A DNA stretch of 64,000 nt. Origin: Candidatus Bathyarchaeota archaeon. Lineage in GTDB: Archaea; Thermoproteota; Bathyarchaeia; Bathyarchaeales; Bathycorpusculaceae. This document shows, in pieces, positions 32,421-42,048 of the stretch; position 1 is the stretch's first letter; each line of letters starts with the position of its first letter. Where the stretch lies: contig CAWDYC010000004.1 in assembly GCA_963806535.1 (NCBI GenBank), forward strand, positions 64,001 to 128,000. Reading direction: 5' to 3'. A program made the translations under genes and the position numbers. The notes beneath the pieces were generated by a model, which had not been told where the DNA came from, made no database searches, and saw nothing but the letters and a program-made list of their open reading frames with translations.

Positions 32421-32804
32421 ATGGACACTTTAACAAACGGTTTGATAACTATCAAAAATAATGAAACGCGAAATAAGCGTGAATGCATAATTAGCCCTGC
32501 CTCTAAACTTCTGGGGCGAGTCCTACGCATAATGCAACTTAACGGTTACATAGGTGAATTCGAGTTCATAGACGATGGGCGCTCTGGAAAATTCAAGGTT
32601 CAACTCTTAGGCAGAATCAATAAATGTGGACCAATTAAACCACGATACCCAGCCAAAGTAGGCGAGTTCGAAAATTGGGAAAAGAAGTATTTGCCCTCCA
32701 GAGACGTCGGCATAATGGTTGTTTCCACTTCAAAAGGCGTAATAGCACACAAAGACGCTGAAGAAAAGAATCTTGGAGGAAGGCTCTTAGCCTTCGTATA
32801 TTAA
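32421..32804 (+). CDS. rps8: 30S ribosomal protein uS8
   Basis: [24 protein letters not shown]. Confidence 0.97.
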   Translation: MDTLTNGLITIKNNETRNKRECIISPASKLLGRVLRIMQLNGYIGEFEFIDDGRSGKFKVQLLGRINKCGPIKPRYPAKVGEFENWEKKYLPSRDVGIMVVSTSKGVIAHKDAEEKNLGGRLLAFVY

Positions 32805-32816
32805 GGAAGTGTAATT

Positions 32817-33363
32817 ATGCGGCTCCCAGAAATCTCTAAAACTATTCAAGTTCCAGATAACGTAAATGTAAGTCTAGATGGCAAAAAAGTCAACGTTAAA
32901 GGCGCCAAAGGATCTTTAACGCGCGACTTCTCTTTCGCTACAATATGCAATCGAAGGCGACGGCAAAAATATTCGTATTTGGGCAAAGTGGCCTCGCAAA
33001 AAGGAAGCCGCTCTAGTAGGAACGATAGCCTCACACATTCAAAACATGATTACAGGCGTCACAAAAGGATACACATACAAGCTAAAAATCGTGTTTTCCC
33101 ACTTTCCAATCTCCGTAAAACTTCAAGGCAAATCTATTTTGATTGAAAACTTTACTGGGGAACGAAGAGCACGCAGCATAGATATAATTGGCGACGTCAA
33201 GGTGAAAATTGAACCTGACGACATCATTGTTGAAGGCATAAACTTGGAACATGTAAGCCAAACTGCCGCCAACATTGAACAAGCTACAAGAGTAAGAAAT
33301 AAGGATCCAAGAGTTTTCCTTGACGGCATATACGTTTACGAAAGAAATGAGGGTATTGCTTAA
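32817..33363 (+). CDS. rpl6: 50S ribosomal protein uL6 (frameshift near 32945)
   Basis: SHFPISV, NFTGER, DPRVFLDGIY. Confidence 0.96.
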
Positions 33364-33947
33364 TGGCCACTGAAAAGATCGAAAAGAAACCATCATTATC
33401 ACAAAAAGCACTTAAAGTTAGAGCTCGCGCTAAAAACAAGAAACCTAAATTCGTTAGAGCTGAAAGCTGGAAGTATGATAGATTCAGCGTAAGTTGGCGA
33501 AGACCCAGAGGATTAGACAACAAGATCCGACGAAAAATTAAAGGTTGGCCAGCTGGCGTAAGCGTTGGCTACAAAGGACCAAAAATTGCCAGAGGTTTAC
33601 ATCCATCAGGATACCGAGAAGTCTTAGTTTACAATGCCCAAGACATATCTACAGTTGACCCTACTACTCAAGCCGCACGCATCGCACATACAGTCGGCAA
33701 AAGAAAACGCGCATTAATTATTGCAGAAGCCAAGAAACTTAACGTTAAAATCTTAAACGTCAAAGTTTCAGCCGAACCTGAAGCAAAAGAAGAGGAAGCA
33801 GCCGAAGGGAAGAAGTCACAGAAGAACAACCGCAAACAGAAGAAGCCGTTGAAGACGAAAGAAGTCAAGGAAGAGAAGACAAAAAAGAAAGAGAAAGCAC
33901 CAAAGAAAACCAAACCTAAAACAAAGAAAGGAGAAGAAAAACAATGA
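33363..33947 (+). CDS. rpl32e: 50S ribosomal protein eL32 with K/E tail
   Basis: WRRPRGLDNKIR, RGLHPSGY. Confidence 0.95.
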   Translation: MATEKIEKKPSLSQKALKVRARAKNKKPKFVRAESWKYDRFSVSWRRPRGLDNKIRRKIKGWPAGVSVGYKGPKIARGLHPSGYREVLVYNAQDISTVDPTTQAARIAHTVGKRKRALIIAEAKKLNVKILNVKVSAEPEAKEEEAAEGKKSQKNNRKQKKPLKTKEVKEEKTKKKEKAPKKTKPKTKKGEEKQ

Positions 33948-34400
33948 CCGACCTAAAAAGCCAAAGACGTTTAGCAGCTCAAATTTTAAAAATTGGGCAA
34001 AACCGCGTTTGGATAAATCCTGAACGTATGAGCGATGTTGAAGGTGCAATTACACGTGAAGAAGTAAGAAAACTTATTCACGAAAAAATCATTGTTTCAC
34101 AGCCTGAGAAAGGCGTAAGCCGATCCAGAGCAAAAGTCATCAGAGGGAAAAAGCTTCAAGGGCAGACGCAGTGGACCAGGCAGCATCACAGGTGCTGGCT
34201 ACGCAAAAGTCACAAAGAAAGAGGCTTGGATGCTAAAGATTCGCTCTCTAAGACGCAAACTTCGTGAGTTGAAAGCAAGCAGAATCATAACTGAAGAAAC
34301 ATACAGCCAATATTACAGAATGGCTGGCAGCGGCAGGTTCCAATCTATAGCTGAATTGGAACGTAACTTGAAAGCTAATGAATTATGGAGGAAACGTTAA
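33944..34400 (+). CDS. rpl19e: 50S ribosomal protein eL19 (frameshift near 34158)
   Basis: QRRLAAQIL, RVWINP, AITREEVR, GRRSGPGS. Confidence 0.95.
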
Positions 34401-35281
34401 TGGCAAAAAGCAGCAATTACCGAGTAAAATTAAGACGCAGACGCGAAGGAAAAACTGATTACCAAGCACGTAAGGCACTAGTTGTTTCTGGAAAGCCTAG
34501 GCTTGTTACTCGAACTGCAAACAGAAACATTACAGTACAAATATCAATTGCTAAATCGCATGGAGATGAAGTTTTAGCTGCAGCTAACAGCCGTGAACTC
34601 GTCAAAAGTTACGGTTGGAAAGCAGCAACTGGAAACATTCCAGCAGCTTACCTTACCGGTTTCCTTTGCGGTTTAAAAGCCAAAACTAACGGCATTAAAG
34701 AAGCAATCTTAGATATTGGTTTAGTTGCTCCAACGAAAGGCGCCAAAATTTTCGCTGCTTTAAGCGGAGTTTTAGATGCTGGTGTGGATGTTCCTCACAG
34801 CGAAGAAAAGATTGTTAAGGAACGCATGAAGGGCGAACACATAGCTAAATATGCTAAGAGTTTAGGTGCCGGCTCCGAAGAATACACAGCTAAATTCTCA
34901 AAGTACAATGCTCAAGGTATTGCACCTGAAAAAATCTCTGAGCACTTCGCCAAGGTTAAAGCCACAATTACAGATTCATTTAAGACTGGAAAACAGGTAA
35001 TTCCAAAGATAGAGAAAGAAGCACCTGCAGAAAAAGTTCCTGAGAAAAAAGCGGAAAAGGCAGAGGAGTTACCAGCGAAAGCTCCTGAACCAAAGAAACC
35101 AGAAGCAAAGAAAGCAGTAACCAAGAAGCCTGCCGCTAAAAAAGAAGCTGCAAAAGGAAGAAGCTCCAGTAGACAAAGGAAAAGGCGCCTGCTAAGAAAG
35201 CAGTCAAAGCCAAAAACAGCAGCAAAGGAACCAACTGCACCAAAAGAAAAGGCAAGTAAGAAAGGTGGAAAGAAAGCATGA
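34400..35281 (+). CDS. rpl18: 50S ribosomal protein uL18 with long K/E/A/P tail
   Basis: RRRREGKTDY, GNIPAAYLTG. Confidence 0.96.
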   Translation: MAKSSNYRVKLRRRREGKTDYQARKALVVSGKPRLVTRTANRNITVQISIAKSHGDEVLAAANSRELVKSYGWKAATGNIPAAYLTGFLCGLKAKTNGIKEAILDIGLVAPTKGAKIFAALSGVLDAGVDVPHSEEKIVKERMKGEHIAKYAKSLGAGSEEYTAKFSKYNAQGIAPEKISEHFAKVKATITDSFKTGKQVIPKIEKEAPAEKVPEKKAEKAEELPAKAPEPKKPEAKKAVTKKPAAKKEAAKGRSSSRQRKRRLLRKQSKPKTAAKEPTAPKEKASKKGGKKA

Positions 35282-35936
35282 GTCGAACTGGGAAATCGAC
35301 ATGGGAAGTGACAGAAAACCTAACTTAGAAGAATGGGTTCCTAAAACCCGTTTGGGCAAAATGATTCAGGAAGGCAAAATAACAACTATTGAAGATGTCT
35401 TCTTAAGCGGGATAAAGATTTCTGAATCCCAAATAGTTGATTCATTAATTCCTGACCTTCAAGAAGAAGTCATCAACGTTAACTTGGTACAGAAACAAAC
35501 TGACGCTGGCGAAAAATCTCGATTCAAAGCTATAGTTGCAGTTGGAAACAGAGACGGCTACATTGGCTTAGGATCAGGAAAAGCCAGCCAAGTGCGAAAT
35601 GCAATTGAGAAGGCTGCTGCGAACGCTCGCTTAAACATTGTTCCAGTAAAACGCGGATGCGGAAGTTGGGAATGCGGTTGCGGTAAACCACATTCAGTTC
35701 CATTCCAAGTTGAAGGAAAATGCGGCGGTGTCCGAGTAGTTATTGTTCCAGGGCCAAGAGGCTTAGGCTTAGTTTCAAGTGAAGTTGCAAAAGTCATCTT
35801 AGGTTTAGCAGGCGTTAAAGACCTGTGGATGAGAAGTTACGGATCAACAAGAACAGTTCCCTCTTACGCATGTGCAATCTTTGACGGATTAAGAAAAACC
35901 TATAATTTGATTACTCAAGTGGACTGGGTGAAGTAA
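35278..35936 (+). CDS. rps5: 30S ribosomal protein uS5 (N-terminal indel)
   Basis: WVPKTRLG, RGCGSWEC, PGPRGLG. Confidence 0.97.
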
Positions 35937-35937
35937 A

Positions 35938-36427
35938 ATGGCGCAGAAAACAGAACAATGCAGAAGCCTAGTCGTCGTCAAAATCAGAGGAACAGTGCGT
36001 GCACAAAAAGAAACAAGAGAAACCCTTGAGTTCCTCCATTTAGTTCACACAAACCATGCCGTACTCATAGACAGCCGCGCAGCCTACATGGGAATGCTGC
36101 AACGCGTAAACAGCTACATTACCTATGGCGAACCAACAAAAGAACTCGTTGCCATGATGCTTCAGAAACGCGCAAGATTAGAAGGCGACAAAAAACTAAC
36201 AGACGAATACATCCAGAAAATAGGCTACAAATCAATCGATGACCTCGCAGAAGCAATCGTAAATTGCAAAGTGCAATATCCAAAAGCTTCCAGACATAGA
36301 GCCACGATTTAAGCTACATCCACCAAGCAAAGGCTACAAAGGCAAAACCAAAAAGGGCTTCAAAGCAGGTGGCGAAGCAGGCTACCGCGGAGAAGCAATC
36401 AACGACCTAGTAAAACGCATGGTCTAA
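35938..36427 (+). CDS. rpl30: 50S ribosomal protein uL30 (frameshifted)
   Basis: [33 protein letters not shown]. Confidence 0.95.
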
Positions 36428-36722
36428 GACCTGCTTTACTTTCAATTTGTTTTCTTTATGTTTCTTAATCATTTTTGGCTTAGGCATATTTTCTTGAAAA
36501 ATTAATTCAAATTAGTTAATGAGTAAATCACTCATTTTATTGTTTTTCAATTCTGTTTAAGGCATAGTAGAGCCGTGTTCTCTGCGAAATATGCGTTTAA
36601 TGATCATTTTCATGGACAGATTGCTTGGGAGGAATTGAGTGTTTTCTCACCCTTTATGTGCGATACATTTTATAATACCTCTGAAGAAATCCGTTAGTTA
36701 ATTGGAGGGGGAAAGACCACAT

Positions 36723-37181
36723 ATGAGCGCAAAATGGCGAAGAACTACCAAAAACCGCAAATGGCTAGATTTTAAACAAGAACCTGCAAAAAGTAAAAAA
36801 CCAAAAGTAACCAAACCCGAACATGCATACCATGTAAAATCAATAGCTGTTCCCCCGAGTTTTCGGCCATCCAAAAACTATGCAGAACGTAAACTGCAAG
36901 AGCCAAAACCATTAATAGATATATTCCAAGAGAACAACTTTATCACTATAGTTGCGGAAATAGCTGGTTTCAATAAAGAAACTCTTAAAATTCACGTAAA
37001 AGACCAGAAACTTACGCTTTCGGCAAAGTCAAAAGACCGCAGATACTATAAAAGTTTAAATCTTCCGAAGGTAGTGATTCCAGACGTTATGTACACCAAA
37101 TTCAAGAATGGTGTGCTCGAAATCAAGCTTAAAAAAGCTGAAACTGCAATAAATAAAGAAGCTGATCAAAATGCCACATAA
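36723..37181 (+). CDS. Hsp20/alpha-crystallin family protein
   Basis: PLIDIFQE, VAEIAGF, FKNGVLEIKLKK. Confidence 0.85.
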   Translation: MSAKWRRTTKNRKWLDFKQEPAKSKKPKVTKPEHAYHVKSIAVPPSFRPSKNYAERKLQEPKPLIDIFQENNFITIVAEIAGFNKETLKIHVKDQKLTLSAKSKDRRYYKSLNLPKVVIPDVMYTKFKNGVLEIKLKKAETAINKEADQNAT

Positions 37182-37596
37182 ACTTAGAAAAATACGAAAA
37201 TTTAGAGGTTCAAGAACACAGGGTTACGGTAGGATAGGTCAACATCGAGACAGTGGCTCCAAAGGGCATAGAAAAGTTGGAAGACATAAGCACTTGTGGA
37301 GTTGGGTTGTAACCCATGAGCCTGACTACTTTGGCAAGAACGGATTTACTTCACGCCAAAGCATTCACAGTCACGAAAAACCGATAAACCTGATAAAGGT
37401 AGAAGAAATTGCGCGAACAAGCCAGGGGGAAAAACCACAGATTAATCTGACCGCCTTAGGTTACACAAAACTTCTTGGCACAGGAAAAGTCACAAAACCC
37501 CTAACCATACATGTTGCCACATTCTCGAAGTCAGCAGCTGAAAAGATTAAGGAAGCAGGCGGAGAAATCATAAGCTCCCAAGCTAACGGAGAGTAA
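37171..37596 (+). CDS. rpl15: 50S ribosomal protein uL15
   Basis: RGSRTQGYG, YFGKNGF, KLLGTG, KIKEAGG. Confidence 0.96.
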   Translation: MPHKLRKIRKFRGSRTQGYGRIGQHRDSGSKGHRKVGRHKHLWSWVVTHEPDYFGKNGFTSRQSIHSHEKPINLIKVEEIARTSQGEKPQINLTALGYTKLLGTGKVTKPLTIHVATFSKSAAEKIKEAGGEIISSQANGE

Positions 37597-37605
37597 AGCT
37601 GCTAA

Positions 37606-39025
37606 ATGCCCGGAAGATTCCTCGGTCTCTTTAAACCACTTGGTAGAGTTCTGCCTGAAGTTAAAAAGCCCGAGCGAAAAGTTAGTTTTAACGAAAAAAT
37701 CTTCTGGACAGCCCTTGTCTTAGTTATTTTCCTTGTAATGACTCAAATCCCGCTTTTCGGGGTTGCCCAATCAGCGCAAGACCAATTTGGCTCATTAAGA
37801 GTTATTTTTGCTTCTAACCGTGGAACACTAATGGAGTTAGGCATTGGACCTATAGTCACGGCTGGTTTGATTTTGCAGTTACTTGCAGGTTCAAACATTA
37901 TCGAATGTGACATGTCAAATTCTGAAGACAGAGGACTATTCACTTCTGCAAGTAAAGTCTTCACAGTTGTTCTTACTGGTATTCAAGGTGCAGCCTACAT
38001 CATAAGCGGCATGTACGGGGCAATTTCGGGGCCAGTGTCAATTATAATATTCTTCCAATTGATAGCCGCAGGCATAATCGTTATGTTAATGGATGAACTT
38101 GTTCAGAAAGGCTGGGGTCTTAGGCAGTGGAATCAGCTTATTCATCATGGCTGGTGTTGCCCAATCAGTTGTCTGGGACACATTTTCACCGACTACCGGC
38201 TTGTTGGTTGGTTCTCTTTCAAATTTCCTGCAAGGCGGACAGACAGCGATTACAATGGGCGTTTGGCCAAGTTAACGGAATTTACCCATCTTTGCTCGGA
38301 TTCTTCGCCACAATCGGCGTCTTCTTACTGGTTATTTATTTGAACGGTATCAGAATTGAGCTTCCAATGAGTTACGCAGGATACAAAGGCTTCAGAAGCA
38401 AATATCCAATTAAACTGCTGTACGTGTCAAACCTTCCAGTCATATTTGCGTCAGCATTATTTGCAAACGTTTACTTCTTCGCACAATTGCTCTGGAGCAC
38501 CAATGGGACGACCTGTACCTGGAACAAATCTTTTATTCCAGATAATAGGCGACTTCAGCTACAACGCCACATCAGGTGCAGTTAAACCTGTAGGCGGCAT
38601 CACTTACCTTGTCACTGCACCAACAAACATCCAGCAAGTTGCACTTGACCCATTAAGAGCCGCAGCTTACCTGGGAATTATTGTCGCTTTCTGCGCCGTC
38701 TTCTCTTTAATTTGGCTTGAAGTCGGCGGTTTAGGTCCTGCAAAAGTTGCAAAGCAACTTATGGATTCAGGCATGCAGATTCCAGGTTACCGCAGATCAG
38801 GAAGACCAATCGAAGCTGTCCTTAAACGGTATATTCCTGTAGTCACAGTATCTAGGCGGAATCATTGTAGGGCTTGTGGTTGGCATGTCAGATTTCCTTG
38901 GCGCGTACGGTACCGGCACAGGAATCTTGCTGTCAGTGGGTATAATTTACCAGTATTATGAGTTGCTAATGCGTGAGAGAGCAGCGGAGATGTTCCCGGC
39001 ATTCCGAAGAATCATTGGAGACTAG
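37606..39025 (+). CDS. secY: Preprotein translocase SecY (several frameshifts)
   Basis: GTLMELGIGPIVTA, YPIKLLYVSNLP, IPGYRRS, GTGTGILL. Confidence 0.97.
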
Positions 39026-39189
39026 TGTACCAACTCCTTAAACAACAATCAAAATTTCTTTTTTTAATAATTTTGGTTGAATTTAGATTAGTCTCTAATT
39101 TGAACTCTCTTTTCAAGCTCTCTTAAAATGTTGTTCTCTCTGTTTTGGGTTGCTTTTTTGTGGCAAAGCTTAAACCGTTTGCAGGTTGC

Positions 39190-39262
39190 GGTGTAAAAAG
39201 GTTCGAAAGGGTCCAAAAAGGTTCAACGAGGTCCAAAAGGATCTGGAAAGGTCTGTTGAGGT
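39190..39262 (+). repeat. Degenerate 10-bp tandem array, about 7 units, consensus GGTYCRAAAR
   Basis: GGTTCGAAAG GGTCCAAAAA GGTTCAACGA GGTCCAAAAG GATCTGGAAA GGTCTGTTGA. Confidence 0.75.
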
Positions 39263-39585
39263 TATTGCTAAATTAATATGTTATTTTCAAAATTTTTACT
39301 GCAGCAACCAGATCGCTTGCAAGTGCCCAGGTTTTTCCAAGTCAAAATTTAAGTGAAAATTAGCTTTGGTTTTAAAAGCCAATGTGACTAATTATCATTG
39401 CTTTTTTATTTATTTAATCCATTGTTACAAAGTTTTTATGAAGGTCCTTGGGAGGTAACCTGAAAAATACGTTTTTATTAACTAAGTTCTAAGCCTAGAA
39501 GCAAAAACGGTTATTAACAAGGAAACAAGATACGCATACGCATAAGTCAAGAGGAAAAATGCGATGTCTTTAGCAATCACTTCGA

Positions 39586-40095
39586 TTGCCTTTGGCAACA
39601 ATCATAATTATGGTTATTGCAGCGGCCATTGCGTTCATAAACTCTGGAATAAACAGGGTTTTAATCAATTATTTCGTTGGTTGGGAACAATACCGAGTTA
39701 TGCAGAAAGAAATGTCTGAATACCGTTCAGAAACCATGAAAGCGATGCGCGCAAATGACAAAAAACAGGTTGAGAAACTCAAAAAGAAAGAGTCACAAGT
39801 AAAAAATATGCAGGCCAAAATGGTTAAGCCTCAAATGGTTCAGTTCGGCATCTCTTTCGTTTACTTAATTGTGTGGTTTTTAGTCTTAACTCCAACTTTT
39901 CACACAGCTCCGATGGCTTACATACCTGGTATCGGAACAATTGCTGGTGCAATACACTGGGATTTCGTTAAAAATGTCACTGTTGGATCGGCAATTCCAA
40001 ATGCAATTCCTGTGTTCTACTGGTACCCCATCTGCTCGTTCTTCTTCGGCTTGCTCTCATCACGTGTACTAGGCATAATGCCCATTGAACCTTAA
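39586..40095 (+). CDS. DUF106 / EMC3-TMCO1 (Oxa1 superfamily) membrane protein
   Basis: TM, coiled coil, KPQM, WYPICSF; conserved position between secY and cmk. Confidence 0.88.
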   Translation: MPLATIIIMVIAAAIAFINSGINRVLINYFVGWEQYRVMQKEMSEYRSETMKAMRANDKKQVEKLKKKESQVKNMQAKMVKPQMVQFGISFVYLIVWFLVLTPTFHTAPMAYIPGIGTIAGAIHWDFVKNVTVGSAIPNAIPVFYWYPICSFFFGLLSSRVLGIMPIEP

Positions 40096-40118
40096 TGCAG
40101 AAAGCAGGGTGGCACCTA

Positions 40119-40727
40119 ATGGATAAAAACACAAAATTCTGCTCCACTGGCAAAAAAACAGTAATCTGCATTTCGGGAATGGCTGGAACTGGAAAAAGCA
40201 CTTTATCTAAAAAACTTGCAGAAAAATACCATCTGAGTTGTTATTCAGGCGGTGACGCTCTCAAAGAACTTGCCAACGCAGAAGGATATGATGCTTCCCG
40301 CCAAGGCTGGTGGGAAAGCCCTGAAGGCTTAAAATTTCTTAACGAAAGAGTAAATGACCCTAAATTTGACAAAGCAGTAGACGCCAAGCTCATTGAATAT
40401 GCGCAGCAGGGAAACGTGCTCTTGGATAGTTGGACTATGCCTTGGTTGCTTAAAGAAGGCTTTAAAATTTGGTTGCTGGCTTCGCCTGAGAAGAGAGCGG
40501 CAAGAGTTGCTGAACGCGATAAGATAACTTTTGATGAAGCACTCAAAGTGTTGAAGGAAAAAGAAGATAGAACAAAGGCAATTTACAAGAAGCTTTATGG
40601 TTTTGCTTTAGGTGAAGATTTAGCGCCGTTTGATTTGATTTTAGATACTGATAATTTAAGTGCAGATGAGGTTTTTGAGGTTCTTTGCAAAGTAATAAGT
40701 AATGTTGTTCTTTCTGTTCCGTCCTGA
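40119..40727 (+). CDS. cmk: Cytidylate kinase (archaeal type)
   Basis: ISGMAGTGKST, RAARVAERD, FDLILDT. Confidence 0.88.
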   Translation: MDKNTKFCSTGKKTVICISGMAGTGKSTLSKKLAEKYHLSCYSGGDALKELANAEGYDASRQGWWESPEGLKFLNERVNDPKFDKAVDAKLIEYAQQGNVLLDSWTMPWLLKEGFKIWLLASPEKRAARVAERDKITFDEALKVLKEKEDRTKAIYKKLYGFALGEDLAPFDLILDTDNLSADEVFEVLCKVISNVVLSVPS

Positions 40728-40849
40728 TCAAGTTTTACGCAAAATTTCTTTATTGCTTAAAAATACAACTTACAAATTTTGACTCCCCACTCCAAAAATG
40801 TTCTCTAAAAGATTGGGAGTCAAATTTTGTAAACTGGGAGGGCTCAAAT

Positions 40850-41896
40850 TTATTTGAAAAGTAACTTTGCGTTTTTCCACTGGTCCAAAGCCAACGATAA
40901 ATAACCAGTTGGGCTTCCCTGAAGTGAATAGAAAACATAGCAGAGATAGCTGCATTGTGTACAATTAGAATAAGTTTCTCGTAATTGCTTGAATTCTTGG
41001 CTGTTCCATTTCTTAGGCAAATCAAATATTGATGCTGCAGAATTGTGGCTATGGCATCCTGCAATTCTGCCTAAATGATCAACAACTAAAAAGTTACTTA
41101 GCGCTTTGCATTTCCATGTTCTTCCATCTTCCCCATAGAAGCTTCTTACCGTTTTCAGAAGCTTGTTTGTCATGAGAATTTTTTTATTTTTCTTTTTCAT
41201 TTCAATTAGAGAATTGCAAAGTTTAACCATGGCTTGATTATCTTTTATGACGAATTCATCGTCTGCTTTGCCAATCCTGAAAAGCTGTTTTTCATCCATT
41301 GAAAGATCATAGGAGTAAAGACAGTACCAGACTGGAATTCCTTTTTGAGTAAAATAATTAGTAATATCAACTATTTCATACATGTTCTTCTGTGAAATCG
41401 TTGGAGTAACACTAACGCTGATTCCCTCGTTTTGAAGGATTTCAACGGCTTCCATTGCTTTTTTCCATGCACCTGGCACAGCTTTTATGGAATCGTTTTT
41501 TGCTTCATCTAAACTATCTATCGAAATTGCCACAAAATCGACGTTTCGCAAAGAATCAATTTTTTCTGCAGCCAGGCTTCCATTATCACAAACGGTTGTG
41601 ACAAAACTCTTTGAGGCATAATCAAGTATTTCGCCGATGTCATCCCTCAATAATGGCTCTCCGCCTGATAAAACAAGATCAACTACACCCATTTTTTTTA
41701 GAATATCTAATCCTTTTTTTATTTCAGATGTTTCAAGTTCTCTTGGATCTTGTTCCTTCCAGACATTGCAGCCTGCACAGCGGTAGTTGCATTTTCTTGT
41801 GATTAACCATTGAGCATGGTGAGGCTTACCGGGAGCAAGTGCACGTGTTGCTATTGATGCTGCTTTTTTCATACCTGTCGTCAAATAAGTTGTCAC
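40850..41896 (-). CDS. Radical SAM protein with SPASM/Twitch-like C-terminus
   Basis: CNYRCAGC, SGGEPLLR, ISIDS, C-terminal Cys cluster. Confidence 0.92.
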   Translation of the reverse strand: MTTYLTTGMKKAASIATRALAPGKPHHAQWLITRKCNYRCAGCNVWKEQDPRELETSEIKKGLDILKKMGVVDLVLSGGEPLLRDDIGEILDYASKSFVTTVCDNGSLAAEKIDSLRNVDFVAISIDSLDEAKNDSIKAVPGAWKKAMEAVEILQNEGISVSVTPTISQKNMYEIVDITNYFTQKGIPVWYCLYSYDLSMDEKQLFRIGKADDEFVIKDNQAMVKLCNSLIEMKKKNKKILMTNKLLKTVRSFYGEDGRTWKCKALSNFLVVDHLGRIAGCHSHNSAASIFDLPKKWNSQEFKQLRETYSNCTQCSYLCYVFYSLQGSPTGYLSLALDQWKNAKLLFK

Positions 41897-42048
41897 TAGC
41901 CGATTTATTGTGTTAGTGTATCTTCAGTTGGAACTATAAAAACCATTATCCGCAATAAAACAAAATATTTTTTTTGGTCGCAAGACTGATTTTGTTTAGA
42001 TGTTTGCAAGGAACTGTTTTTAAGAATGTACTTCTGGTATTGCTATAG

